A stretch of 64,000 nt of DNA from Actinomycetes bacterium (GTDB lineage Bacteria > Actinomycetota > Acidimicrobiia > Acidimicrobiales > Ilumatobacteraceae): NCBI GenBank assembly GCA_031398325.1, contig JANNNB010000054.1, positions 1,079-65,078 on the forward strand, given 5' to 3'. The translations under genes and the position numbers were made by a program. Positions 55,472 to 64,000 of this stretch are shown one piece after another. The notes under the pieces were generated by a model. It did no database searches. It was not told where the DNA came from and saw only the letters and a list, made by a program, of their open reading frames with translations. Position 1 is the first letter of the stretch; each line of letters begins with the position of its first letter.

Positions 55472-56437
55472 TCAGCCGAGGAGGCTGTGGGCGGCGGCGA
55501 GGCCCGAGTTGTGGGCACCTTCGATCCGGGGCCCGGCGAATGCGTCGCCGGCCAGGATGATCGATCCGCCGTCGATCAGTCGGCACGGGTCCGGTGCGAT
55601 CGTCCTGGGTGTGGCGAACCGCCACTTCTTCACCTGGTGCTCGATCACCCGGGCGTCGCCGAGCCACGACCGGGCCTCCTCCAGCAGCCGCTCGGCGAGT
55701 GTCTCGGTCGAGTCGTCCCAGTGCGCTTCGCTCCACGCGGGGTTGGCGTGGAACGTGACTGCCGGAACCGAGCTGACACGCTTCGACATGTTGTCGGCGA
55801 TGCAGCTGAAGACATCGTCGACCGGCTGCACTCCGCCGGTCGGTGAGATCTCGACGGGCCGGTCGAGCGCTGCGAGTAGGCAGATGGTGCGGTCGTAGTC
55901 GACACGGAACGTGTCGAGCTCCAGTTCGAGATGGGTGTCGGCGAGAAGGCCGAAGGTCTGGGCGAGCGGGCTCGTGATGATCACCCGGTCGGCTGGTCGG
56001 ATCGTCCCGTCGTCGATGACGACGTCCCAGCCCACTGTGGCCCGCAGGCGTGCCGACTCTGTTCGCCGCACGGTGAACGCCATCGTCGAGCACTCGACTC
56101 GGAGGCCGATCGCGAGATCCTTGGCGAGCGATGTCATGCCGCCCGGGGCGGCGTAGCGCGGGTGTCCGTCGTCGTTGGAGAAACCGTGGTTCCACACCAT
56201 CACCAGACCGCGCTCGATCCAGTCGTCGACGCGGTGGCGGAACGCCGGCGTTCGGACGGTGAAGAACTGCGCGCCGTGGTCGAAGGTCGCGGCACCGATT
56301 CGACGGGTTGCCATGCGTCCACCGGGCGAGCGGCCCTTGTCGACCACGACGACGTCGATCTCGCCGTTCGACTCCGCCTGCAGGGTCTGAGCGGCCACGA
56401 GGCCGGCCATGCCGGCGCCGATGACGACGACGCGCAT
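55472..56437 (-). CDS. NAD(P)/FAD-dependent oxidoreductase (renalase/amine-oxidase-like)
   Basis: MRVVVIGAGMAGLVAAQTL, DKGRSPGGRMATRR, FDHGAQFF. ATGA overlap with the upstream hydrolase stop. Confidence 0.8.
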   Translation of the reverse strand: MRVVVIGAGMAGLVAAQTLQAESNGEIDVVVVDKGRSPGGRMATRRIGAATFDHGAQFFTVRTPAFRHRVDDWIERGLVMVWNHGFSNDDGHPRYAAPGGMTSLAKDLAIGLRVECSTMAFTVRRTESARLRATVGWDVVIDDGTIRPADRVIITSPLAQTFGLLADTHLELELDTFRVDYDRTICLLAALDRPVEISPTGGVQPVDDVFSCIADNMSKRVSSVPAVTFHANPAWSEAHWDDSTETLAERLLEEARSWLGDARVIEHQVKKWRFATPRTIAPDPCRLIDGGSIILAGDAFAGPRIEGAHNSGLAAAHSLLG

Positions 56438-57363
56438 CAGCCGCCCGCAGCGGAGACCACGGTCAGGTGGACCGGGGTCGGCGCAGCGGCCAACCGTTCT
56501 TGGTGCGCCCGTTCGGCTCGACCGAGGAACTCCAACAGCACGCGGTTGAACGTCGTCGCGTGTTCGACCATGAAGCCATGGGCGGCACCACTGATCACGA
56601 CGAGTTCGGCAGTCGGGATGCGGTCGGCGAGATCTTCACTGTCGCCGCGGGGCGTGAGGATGTCCTGATTCCCGACGAGGACCAGCGTGGGCACATCGAT
56701 GTCGGGGAGACGCTCGATGAGCTCCTCGTGTTGGGACGTGGCGTTCAGCAGTGCGTCGCACTGTGCGGCGAACGCATGGGCGGGCCGGCCGAGCGCGAGC
56801 GGGCCGAGCCAACCGAGGGCGGGCAGGACGCGACGGAACGAGCGCGGGCCGATCACCCATCGTGCGGCTTCCTGGCCCATCGAGCTGATGCCGCGTTCGA
56901 GTGCAACGTCACGCCAGCTGGTGAGGAGCTCCTCCCGCCACGGATGATTCCGTCCTGCGGTGCAGGCAAGTGTGAGCGAGCGAGTCCGTTCGGGATACTT
57001 CACCGCCACGATCTGACTGATCGCTCCGCCCATCGACGCCCCGACCACGTGTGCGGTGTCGACCCCGGCGTGGTCGAGCACGGCGATGGCGTCGTCGGCC
57101 ATCTGCTCCAGCGAGTACGGCCCGTGGGGTTTGTCGCTGCGACCGGCGCCCCGGTTGTCGAGGGCCACCGCGTTGTACCAGGGGGCGGTTCCGAGCCGCT
57201 GCAGGTCCCAGCCGTGCTTGTCGGCACCGAGACCCTGGATGAACAGGATCGGGGGCGTACCGGGGCGGCCGGTCACCTGATAATGAATTCGGGTTCCGTC
57301 GTTGCTGCGGACGTACGTCATGCTGCTCGTTCGCTCTCCGGGGGCGTTTCTACTGCTCGTCAT
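56437..57363 (-). CDS. Alpha/beta hydrolase
   Basis: ILFIQGLGADKHGW, LDNRGAGRSD, VVGASMGGAI (GxSxG), GAAHGFMVEH. ATG at 57363 forms an ATGA overlap with the upstream stop; an alternative ATG is at 57321. Confidence 0.8.
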   Translation of the reverse strand: MTSSRNAPGERTSSMTYVRSNDGTRIHYQVTGRPGTPPILFIQGLGADKHGWDLQRLGTAPWYNAVALDNRGAGRSDKPHGPYSLEQMADDAIAVLDHAGVDTAHVVGASMGGAISQIVAVKYPERTRSLTLACTAGRNHPWREELLTSWRDVALERGISSMGQEAARWVIGPRSFRRVLPALGWLGPLALGRPAHAFAAQCDALLNATSQHEELIERLPDIDVPTLVLVGNQDILTPRGDSEDLADRIPTAELVVISGAAHGFMVEHATTFNRVLLEFLGRAERAHQERLAAAPTPVHLTVVSAAGG

Positions 57364-58082
57364 CGGGCTCCACCGATCCCGGTCAGCGGAAACCAGTCGA
57401 GCGGGGTGCCCGTGCGGATCTCGCCCATTTCGTCGAGGAGTCGTCCGATACGACTGCGGAGATGATCGGCCAGTTCCAGTTCAGCGAGCGGTCCTCGCCG
57501 GCGGCGGGATGGGCGTGTCGCGTTTCCGATCTCGACGCGGGCGCTCCGACCGAGGGGCGTGCTCGTCGTGGCGGCCGGGAAGGCCTGGACCCCCGCTGCG
57601 GTCGCTGCGCCCACCAGATCGTGGCGCACGCGGCCGACGTCTCGAAGGCCCGTGGTCGCCTCGGCGCCCATGACGACGAGTTCGCCGGCACGGAGGGCAC
57701 CGAACAACTCGTCGGGGTGATCGAGCAGGCCACCGATCCGACGGGCCAGCGGGCCGAGTGGTGCCACGTCGCTGCGCCCGACGAATCGCACCGGACGATC
57801 GACGGCCTCGCTGATCGCCAGGGCGGAGAAGATCGGGGCGAGTGCGAACCGCCTGGCATTGACGACGATCAGAGCCCCCTTGCGACGGGGCAGATGCTGA
57901 TCGCCGCCGACAGAGACATTCCAGCGAAGTTGGGCGAGACCGAGGATGCTGCGCACGAGGCGGGCATCGCGGCCCCAATCGTCGACCATGCCGGCAGGCT
58001 CGTCGACGAGATGCATCGGCAGGTCGAAGACGCGGCCGAGCGCTGGCGAGCCGTGGTCGGTGAGACCGTTGAAGCCGGCCAT
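57360..58082 (-). CDS. PlsC/LPLAT-like domain protein (Rv0502-type); canonical HX4D histidine not evident
   Basis: ALIVVNARRFALAPIFSAL aligns where acyltransferases carry NHxxxxD. The ATG at 58082 shares one nucleotide with the SDR stop. The upstream part of the track ORF overlaps the SDR gene out of frame. Confidence 0.55.
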   Translation of the reverse strand: MAGFNGLTDHGSPALGRVFDLPMHLVDEPAGMVDDWGRDARLVRSILGLAQLRWNVSVGGDQHLPRRKGALIVVNARRFALAPIFSALAISEAVDRPVRFVGRSDVAPLGPLARRIGGLLDHPDELFGALRAGELVVMGAEATTGLRDVGRVRHDLVGAATAAGVQAFPAATTSTPLGRSARVEIGNATRPSRRRRGPLAELELADHLRSRIGRLLDEMGEIRTGTPLDWFPLTGIGGAR

Positions 58083-59059
58083 CAGGCGACCGCCCGTCGC
58101 GCTGGTTGGCGGATGATGCTCGGCCAACCGTAGAGGCGGTCGATGACCTCCGAGGTGGTCGCTTCGGGCACGACGCCGAGTAGCTCGGACATTCGTCCGT
58201 TGTCGGCGAGGCGACCGCGGTGGAGCGTCTCGGCGACATGATCGGGGATCGGCGAGCCGAACAGATAGCTCATCGTTCGGGCGATCTGCCATTCCGGCCC
58301 GATGAGCGGCAGCGGGATCCGTCGGCCCCGTCGCAGCGCTTGCAGACACGTGATCGCGCCGCTGGCGACGACGTTGACCGGTTGCGACAGACCGTTCCGG
58401 GCGGCCGCCACGATGGCACGGGCGGCGTCTCGGTCTTCGATGACGGCGAACGGCGGATCGGCGAGGAGGGAGAACGGCACGACGGGCATACGCAGCATCC
58501 GTCCGAGCGGCGACGGCACGTGCGGCCCGAGTACCGGTGCGAGCCGAACTGCACCGATGCTGACGCCGACGCGATTGGCGACACGAGACGCGATGTGTTC
58601 GATCTCGGCGACCGTGCGACCCCAATCCGACGTGGGGCGCACGGGGGCGGTCTCATCCGGCCGGGTCAGCGCATTACGGCTCCGCCCGTAGATCTCGATG
58701 CCGCTGCGCACGATCACGTTCTCGAGGGCAGGACATTCTGCGGCGGCGCCGATGATCGACGTCGCAGCCTGGTCGGTGAGGTGGCGGGCGACGTTCGGTG
58801 AGGCTCGCGCGTCGGGTTCCCACACGCCGACGTGGACCAGTACGTGCGGGTTGAACCGCGTGATGATCTCGACGATCCGGTCGTGATCCGCCGGAGGGAC
58901 TCGGTGGAACGTGGTCTTCGGCAGGCGCCGACGTGGCGGGTCGGCGTCGATGCCGGACAGCGGCCCGACCCATGGTTCTGTTTCGAGCATGCTGGCCACG
59001 AGCGTGCCGAGCTCGCTGCCGACCCCGCTGACGAAGACGCGCCGTCCACCCATCACCAT
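58082..59059 (-). CDS. NAD-dependent epimerase/dehydratase (extended SDR, GalE2/Rv0501-like)
   Basis: RVFVSGVGSELGTLVASML (GxGxxxG Rossmann motif) with the overall SDR layout. ATG at 59059. Confidence 0.75.
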   Translation of the reverse strand: MVMGGRRVFVSGVGSELGTLVASMLETEPWVGPLSGIDADPPRRRLPKTTFHRVPPADHDRIVEIITRFNPHVLVHVGVWEPDARASPNVARHLTDQAATSIIGAAAECPALENVIVRSGIEIYGRSRNALTRPDETAPVRPTSDWGRTVAEIEHIASRVANRVGVSIGAVRLAPVLGPHVPSPLGRMLRMPVVPFSLLADPPFAVIEDRDAARAIVAAARNGLSQPVNVVASGAITCLQALRRGRRIPLPLIGPEWQIARTMSYLFGSPIPDHVAETLHRGRLADNGRMSELLGVVPEATTSEVIDRLYGWPSIIRQPARRAVA

Positions 59060-59293
59060 GAACCGTAGCCCCGTGAGTCCACCGTCCAAGGGTTCGGACG
59101 TGATCCATCGTTCACATTCCCGTCGCATTCCCGACGTGGAACGGACCGGGTCGGAGCGTTGTGTGACGGATCGATGACGAAATCGTCCTAGGCTTTCGTC
59201 AAGTTGGTCGGCAACGGTGCCGATCGAAGACACGAAGCACTGCTCACGACGTTGCGTGCTCCGCTCGGATCGACAATTCTCAGTTCAACCGCC

Positions 59294-59998
59294 ATGTGTG
59301 ACTGCACCCCCCACCTTCCCGATGCCGCTGACGTGCTGCCGGCCACTTTGGCCGCGTCCGGCCTGCGGCTCAACCGCCGCAAGGCGCTGCTGGCGCTCGC
59401 TGCCGGCGCCGGAGCCCTGGCCGCCGGTGCGTTGGGTGGCGGTGCGTTCGGGAGCGGCGGCGTGATGGCGGCCGGCGCCCTCGACGAGCCGGGGAACGCA
59501 CTGAAGCCGGCGAGGCGGCTGATTCTGGAGCCTCGCAAGGCGCCGACGCCTCCCGCCGGCAAGCTGATCTTCCCGATCGAGATCCCGCCGACGTCGAACA
59601 TCTACGTGCTCGACAACTTCGGTGACTGCCGCGGGCACGAAGGCCTCGACATCTTGGCGGCGAAGGGTGGCAACCCGGTCTTCGCCGTCGCCGATGGCCA
59701 GCTGACCAAGCGCTACACGAATACGGGCACCGCTGGTTGGGGCTGGACCCTCTTCGTCGCCGAGACGAAGATGACGTACAAGTACTTCCACCTCGCCGAG
59801 GACCCCAACGGTCTGTCCGAAGGGATGCGGGTCAAGCTCGGCGATGTGCTCGGCTTCGTCGGGAGCAGTGGAACGAACAGCGCCACCAATTTCCACCTGC
59901 ACTTCGAAATCCGTCCGAACAACGTGCCGGTCAACCCGTTGCCGTTGCTCGACATCCCGGCCGACATCCTGATCGGTCCGCCGCAGCCGTCCTGCTAG
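59294..59998 (+). CDS. M23-family metallopeptidase with Tat-like signal
   Basis: RRKALLALAAGAGALAAGA signal. HEGLDI (HxxxD) and NFHLHFEIRP (HxH) are M23 zinc-site motifs. Confidence 0.8.
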   Translation: MCDCTPHLPDAADVLPATLAASGLRLNRRKALLALAAGAGALAAGALGGGAFGSGGVMAAGALDEPGNALKPARRLILEPRKAPTPPAGKLIFPIEIPPTSNIYVLDNFGDCRGHEGLDILAAKGGNPVFAVADGQLTKRYTNTGTAGWGWTLFVAETKMTYKYFHLAEDPNGLSEGMRVKLGDVLGFVGSSGTNSATNFHLHFEIRPNNVPVNPLPLLDIPADILIGPPQPSC

Positions 59999-60044
59999 GT
60001 CGGCGTCCTCGGTCGGCGTCTTGGGTCCGGCTTCGTCTCGCTGA

Positions 60045-60551
60045 TCAGCGGAGTTCGTGGGCGCGCATGATGGTTTCGCGCGCGAACGGGTCGAGCTGGC
60101 GGCCGGCAATGCGCTCGGTCACCTGGATCGCCTGGGTGGGATCCTCGATCAGGCCCGCCCAGCGGATGTAGCCGCCCATGATCCCGACGATGCGGTCGCC
60201 GACCTCGTCGCCGTGGACGAGCACCTTGGTGCCGTGGTTCAGCAGGTCACGAATCTCCGTGTACAGCGACTTCAGGTAGATGTCGAGGTGGTCGTTGTTG
60301 AACGGCCGGTGCCGGTACGGCAGCTGGAGCTCGTCGTAGTTGTGCAGGTTGTGCGGTGCGGCGATGATCGACAGCACGCATCCGAAGCCGTTCTCGCGGA
60401 GCCAGATGATCTCTTCCTGGCGCCGGACCCGTCGGTGGCTGTCGCCGACGCCACCGGGACGTTCGCAGATCGCCAGCTTGTCCTTGAGGATCCACGTGAA
60501 GTTTCGAGGGGTGATCCCGAGGGCCCACTTGCCGCGGAGTCGTTGAGCCAT
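60045..60551 (-). CDS. Protein-tyrosine/dual-specificity-phosphatase-like fold protein lacking the catalytic Cys
   Basis: KVLVHGDEVGDRIVGIMGGYIRW occupies the position of the VLVHCxxGxxRS P-loop; it reads H-G-x5-R instead of H-C-x5-R. ATG at 60551. Confidence 0.45.
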   Translation of the reverse strand: MAQRLRGKWALGITPRNFTWILKDKLAICERPGGVGDSHRRVRRQEEIIWLRENGFGCVLSIIAAPHNLHNYDELQLPYRHRPFNNDHLDIYLKSLYTEIRDLLNHGTKVLVHGDEVGDRIVGIMGGYIRWAGLIEDPTQAIQVTERIAGRQLDPFARETIMRAHELR

Positions 60552-60722
60552 CAGCGGCGAGCGCTGTCTTTGTGATCCGCATGCATACCGGGGATCGAGA
60601 CTACTCGCGAGTGCGGCACGCTCGCACGGGGATCCCGAGAAGCTCCGACAAGGTCGAGTCGTCGTGCCTCCACGGTCGCGGGGCCTCGATGCACGACCCG
60701 GAGCCCGCAACGGTCTGCAAGA

Positions 60723-62711
60723 GTGACCGACGTGAGTGGTGCGCTGGCGGCAGATGAGGAGTTCTCCGACTGCGAGCGCCGCAACAGCGGTTGGATCGAC
60801 CAGGACGTGAACGCCTGGACGTCGCTCGGCTACGTCGTGATCGGGCTGGTCCTGGCGCGCGAGATCTGGCGGTCCCGGCTCCCTCGCTCGGTCGGAGCGT
60901 TCGCCGCCGTGCTGGTGCTGGAGGGGGGCGGCAGTTTTCTGTACCACGCCGAGGCGACCGACTTCTCACAGACGCTCCACGACGTGCCGCTCGCGGGAAT
61001 GGTGGCGTTCATCGCTGGCTGGCACGTCGGCCGACTGCTCGGCGCGCCGGGTCGGACCGCGGTCATTGCGCTCGCGATCGGCATCGCGATCGGGGGAGGG
61101 TTGGCGCTCCTAAACGTCCAGGGTGTCAACGCGATCGTCGGCGTGAGCGTCGTCGTGATCGTCGGTGCCGAGGTGGCCGCTCGCCGTCGGTCACTTCGAC
61201 CCATCTGGACCATGCCACTGCTCGTCCTGGTCGGCGTTGCCCTGCTGTTCTGGGTGTTCGGCACCCCGACGAGCCCGGTCTGTGCGACCGATTCGTGGGT
61301 CCAACCCCACGGTGTCTGGCACGTGCTGACGGCCGTGCTGGCGTTGGTCTGGGTCGATCGTGCCGTCGCCGCCGTCAACCCCGACCGACCACCGCAGATG
61401 CTGCGTCGCGGTACCGATCGGGCGGTCGGCGTGCTGGCTGTCGCCCTGGTGTACGTGTTCCATCGGTCGGTGGACGTGCGGGGCCGCTCGTTGTTGCCGA
61501 ACGACCGACCGATCCTGATCGTCGCGAATCACGGCAACGGCTTCGTCGATCCCATCGTCGTCGCCGCCGCTCTGCGACGGCTGCCACGATTCCTCGCAAA
61601 GGCGGCGCTGTGGAAGGTGGCCGTGGCCCGGCCGTTCCTCGCGTTCGCCGGGGTCCTGCCCGTGTACCGATCCTCGGATGGCGACCGGTCGAGCGACAAC
61701 GCGTCGGTCTTCGACGCGTGCGAGCGTGATCTGGCGCAGGGGTCGACGGTCGCCATCTTCCCCGAGGGAACCACCGGCGATCGCGGTGGCCTCGACCGGG
61801 TCCGCTCCGGCGCCGCACGGATCGCCATCGGTGCGCTGCCGACGGCACCTGATCTCGTGATCGTTCCGATCGGCCTCGCATTCGAGAGCAGGGTGGAGAC
61901 TCGGAGCCGCACCGTGGTGATGTTCGGTGAACCGATCGTGGTGGCCGACCACGCCGCGAGCGCTCGCGACGACCTCGATCGGTCGGCGGATTCGGAGGGG
62001 CGGGAACGCAGGCAGGTCAGCGAGCTGACGGCCACGATCGGTGAAGCGCTCCAAGCCGTCTCGCCCGAGTTCGTCTCGGTCGACGAGCGGGAGATGCTGA
62101 GGGCGGCGGCGCGCATCGAACGCGATGACGCGTCACCGAGGAGCGCCGCCCGATTCGGTGCGGTCGAGGAAGTGGCGCGCCGGCTGGCGGCGCTTGCCGA
62201 TCACGATCGAGGTGAGGTCATCGACCGCTATCGCAGTTATGCGACGCGCCTCACCTTGGTCGAGCTCGACGACCGTCAGGTGGCTCGGGCGAGGATCGCG
62301 TGGTGGCGACTGGTGTTGTCGGGGTTGGCGATCTTCCTCGCCGGGCCGCTGCTGGTGACGGCCACCTTGATCTACCTGCCGGCGGTCGGCGTCGTGGTGG
62401 TCGGCACGAGCCTGGTGTCGTCGACGTCGACGAAGGGCACGGTGCGGTTCCTGCTCGGGCTGGTGATGGGGCTGGTGACCCTCGTCGTCAGCGGCATCCT
62501 GCTCGGTGACGGGATCTATGCCCTGCTCGCCGCGGCAGCCGTCGCTGCCGGCGGCATTGCCGCCCTCGTGGTCTGGCCGCCGATCCTTCGAAGTGCGGCG
62601 ACGTTGCACGGTCGGTTGACGGCGCGTGATCGCGGCTCACTCATGATCGCGGTCCGAGCTGATCGGCAGGCCGTGATCGATGCCGTACGCGACCGGGTCG
62701 GGTGGTCCTGA
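60723..62711 (+). CDS. Fusion protein: N-terminal CREST/alkaline-ceramidase-like 7TM domain, PlsC-type acyltransferase domain, and a C-terminal TM bundle
   Basis: N-terminus: CE...VNAWTSLGYV, GGGSFLYH (SxxxH), TLHDVPL (Asp), HGVWH (HxxxH). Middle: ILIVANHGNGFVDP, FLAKAALW, IFPEGTTG, acyltransferase motifs. C-terminal region, about aa 520-640, is hydrophobic. Confidence 0.7.
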   Translation: MTDVSGALAADEEFSDCERRNSGWIDQDVNAWTSLGYVVIGLVLAREIWRSRLPRSVGAFAAVLVLEGGGSFLYHAEATDFSQTLHDVPLAGMVAFIAGWHVGRLLGAPGRTAVIALAIGIAIGGGLALLNVQGVNAIVGVSVVVIVGAEVAARRRSLRPIWTMPLLVLVGVALLFWVFGTPTSPVCATDSWVQPHGVWHVLTAVLALVWVDRAVAAVNPDRPPQMLRRGTDRAVGVLAVALVYVFHRSVDVRGRSLLPNDRPILIVANHGNGFVDPIVVAAALRRLPRFLAKAALWKVAVARPFLAFAGVLPVYRSSDGDRSSDNASVFDACERDLAQGSTVAIFPEGTTGDRGGLDRVRSGAARIAIGALPTAPDLVIVPIGLAFESRVETRSRTVVMFGEPIVVADHAASARDDLDRSADSEGRERRQVSELTATIGEALQAVSPEFVSVDEREMLRAAARIERDDASPRSAARFGAVEEVARRLAALADHDRGEVIDRYRSYATRLTLVELDDRQVARARIAWWRLVLSGLAIFLAGPLLVTATLIYLPAVGVVVVGTSLVSSTSTKGTVRFLLGLVMGLVTLVVSGILLGDGIYALLAAAAVAAGGIAALVVWPPILRSAATLHGRLTARDRGSLMIAVRADRQAVIDAVRDRVGWS

Positions 62712-63590
62712 GCGGTTCTCGACCTGATTCGCCGGTGCTGGCGCCAGGACGAGTCGTTGCTGGTGGCGGCTGACGCGCCGCCGAGCACCGACGTCGCAGC
62801 CTGCCGCGTCGCCCGCAGCGACCGCCAACACACGTGAGATCGTGGCGGCGTCGGGTGGATAGCCGCCGCTTTCGAGCCAACGTCGGATCGCCCGGCTGGC
62901 GAGGGGTCGAGGTGCGGCGGCGAGTGCGAGCGCGTCGCTCGGGTCGATGCCGGCGGACAGCTGGTCCAGGAATTGATCGTCGTCTCGGAGCAGGGCGGCG
63001 GTTCGAGCGAGGATCGGGGCCATGTCTCGGACGGCGAGCTCGTTCATCAAGGGCAGCAGTTCGTGTCGCACCCGATTCCGCCGGAAACGTGGATCGTCGT
63101 TGGATGGGTCGTGGGCCACCTCGAATCCCTCGGCTGCGCAGAGGGCCGAGGTCTCCGACCGGCGGAGTCCGAGGATCGGTCGTGTCGGCCCTGGCGTCAT
63201 CGCCGCCAGGCCACTGGCGCCAGAACCACGCAGCAACGCGAGCAGAAGGGTCTCGGCTTGGTCGTCGGCGGTGTGGCCGGTCATCGCGTCCGGGCCGAGC
63301 ACGAGTTGACGTGCGACTCTGGCCCGGGCCTCGAGGTTCGGGCCGTCGACCAGATCGATGTGCTCGACCCGGAACTCGATGTCGAGTCGTTCCGCCGTGC
63401 GTTCTGCGCAGCGCTGGTCGTCGACAGCCGATGATCGAAGCCCGTGGTCGACATGGATCGCCGTCACCTCGCAGCCGGCCGCGACAGCGAGCAGCACGAG
63501 TGCCGTCGAATCGGCGCCGCCGGACAGGCCACACGTGACGGGAGTCCCCGAGGCGGGAAAGGTCGATCGCTGCAGCAGGTCGGCGATCAT
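62637..63590 (-). CDS. tilS: tRNA(Ile)-lysidine synthetase
   Basis: PP-loop GLSGGADSTALVLLA, HVDHGLR, TGHTADDQAETLLL. It overlaps the 3' end of the convergent fusion gene by 75 nt. Confidence 0.85.
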   Translation of the reverse strand: MIADLLQRSTFPASGTPVTCGLSGGADSTALVLLAVAAGCEVTAIHVDHGLRSSAVDDQRCAERTAERLDIEFRVEHIDLVDGPNLEARARVARQLVLGPDAMTGHTADDQAETLLLALLRGSGASGLAAMTPGPTRPILGLRRSETSALCAAEGFEVAHDPSNDDPRFRRNRVRHELLPLMNELAVRDMAPILARTAALLRDDDQFLDQLSAGIDPSDALALAAAPRPLASRAIRRWLESGGYPPDAATISRVLAVAAGDAAGCDVGARRRVSRHQQRLVLAPAPANQVENRSGPPDPVAYGIDHGLPISSDRDHE

Positions 63591-63612
63591 GGGCCCGGCC
63601 GAGGCGCACGCG

Positions 63613-63774
63613 TCAGAGGTCGGCAGATTCGCGCCGGCGCTTGGAGGCGCCCGGCTCGTACTTCTGTGCCGTGACGGACTTCAGGTACAGCGCGATGAGC
63701 ACGACCAGGCCGCCGAAGACGAGCAGAGTCACGATGACACCGATCCACCAATGCCAGATTTCGGCTGCGAGCAT
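63613..63774 (-). CDS. Possible small single-pass membrane protein (53 aa)
   Basis: Hand-translated and below the track cutoff: MLAAEIWHWWIGVIVTLLVFGGLVVLIALYLKSVTAQKYEPGASKRRRESADL. One TM helix and a basic C-terminus. No clear Shine-Dalgarno. Confidence 0.3.
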   Translation of the reverse strand: MLAAEIWHWWIGVIVTLLVFGGLVVLIALYLKSVTAQKYEPGASKRRRESADL

Positions 63775-63812
63775 GGCGTGAGGCTAACCGCCGGTGCTGC
63801 GGTGAGCACATT

Positions 63813-64000
63813 TCACCCGATGTTGCCGTCGCCGTCGAAGTCGGTGTCGAAGCACCGCTCGATGCGCAGCAGCAGATCGGGCGGCATCTCGTCGTTGTGA
63901 CACTTCAGCGCGATCACCTGTTTGAGTTCGGCGTGGAAGTCGAAGGCCTGGAGGCAGTCGGTGCAGCCGTCGAGGTGATTGCGGATCGCGAGTCGCGCAC
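63813..64000 (-). CDS. RsrA/RshA-like zf-HC2 anti-sigma factor, 5'-partial (runs off window end)
   Basis: The minus strand reads ...RLAIRNHLDGCTDCLQAFDFHAELKQVIALKCHNDEMPPDLLLRIERCFDTDFDGDGNIG*. H-x3-C-x2-C plus a downstream Cys aligns with the S. coelicolor RsrA segment HFEECSPCLEKYGLEQAVKKLVKRCCG. Confidence 0.7.
   Translation of the reverse strand, partial: ARLAIRNHLDGCTDCLQAFDFHAELKQVIALKCHNDEMPPDLLLRIERCFDTDFDGDGNIG

Overview
High-GC (roughly two-thirds G+C by eye) actinobacterial-type chromosomal segment, densely coding on both strands. It is mostly core metabolism. Gene order resembles the mycobacterial mshA ... proC-galE2-Rv0502 ... hemA-hemC-hemD-hemB ... hemL neighbourhood; that comparison is from memory and was not searched. 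Recognisable content, in order:
- a 5'-partial giant cadherin/Ig-like repeat adhesin
- a MoxR-DUF58-transglutaminase-like operon
- an acidic-repeat-protein/SNF2/SWIM gene string, divergent from a SET-domain gene
- clpB, a two-component system, hisD, purA/purB, pyrE
- a tRNA Glu-Asp-Phe cluster
- a B12-type acyl-CoA mutase, aat, mshA, proC
- rex-hemACD...hemBL
- a tightly coupled four-gene lipid-type operon
- tilS and an RsrA-like anti-sigma fragment

I saw no CRISPR array, transposase, integrase, prophage or canonical defence system. The observations most worth a second look are:
1. clpB is full length, but its NBD1 Walker A reads GEP-TGA-VGNT (nonsense codon plus Lys->Asn).
2. A divergent unit combines a SET-domain gene with a very acidic repeat protein, an SNF2 ATPase and a SWIM protein.
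3. One ORF fuses a CREST/alkaline-ceramidase-like 7TM domain to a PlsC-type acyltransferase.
4. The transglutaminase-like protein of the MoxR operon has its catalytic Cys and His substituted.
5. A REP-like palindromic element is present in three copies.
6. An RsiG-like coiled-coil protein carries a c-di-GMP-type signature next to mshA.
7. The hem cluster is split by two large surface-protein genes.

All functional calls come from motif and family recognition by eye. No database search was run. The ORF track accepts ATG, GTG and TTG starts; I trimmed many N-terminal extensions using start-codon context and translational-coupling overlaps.
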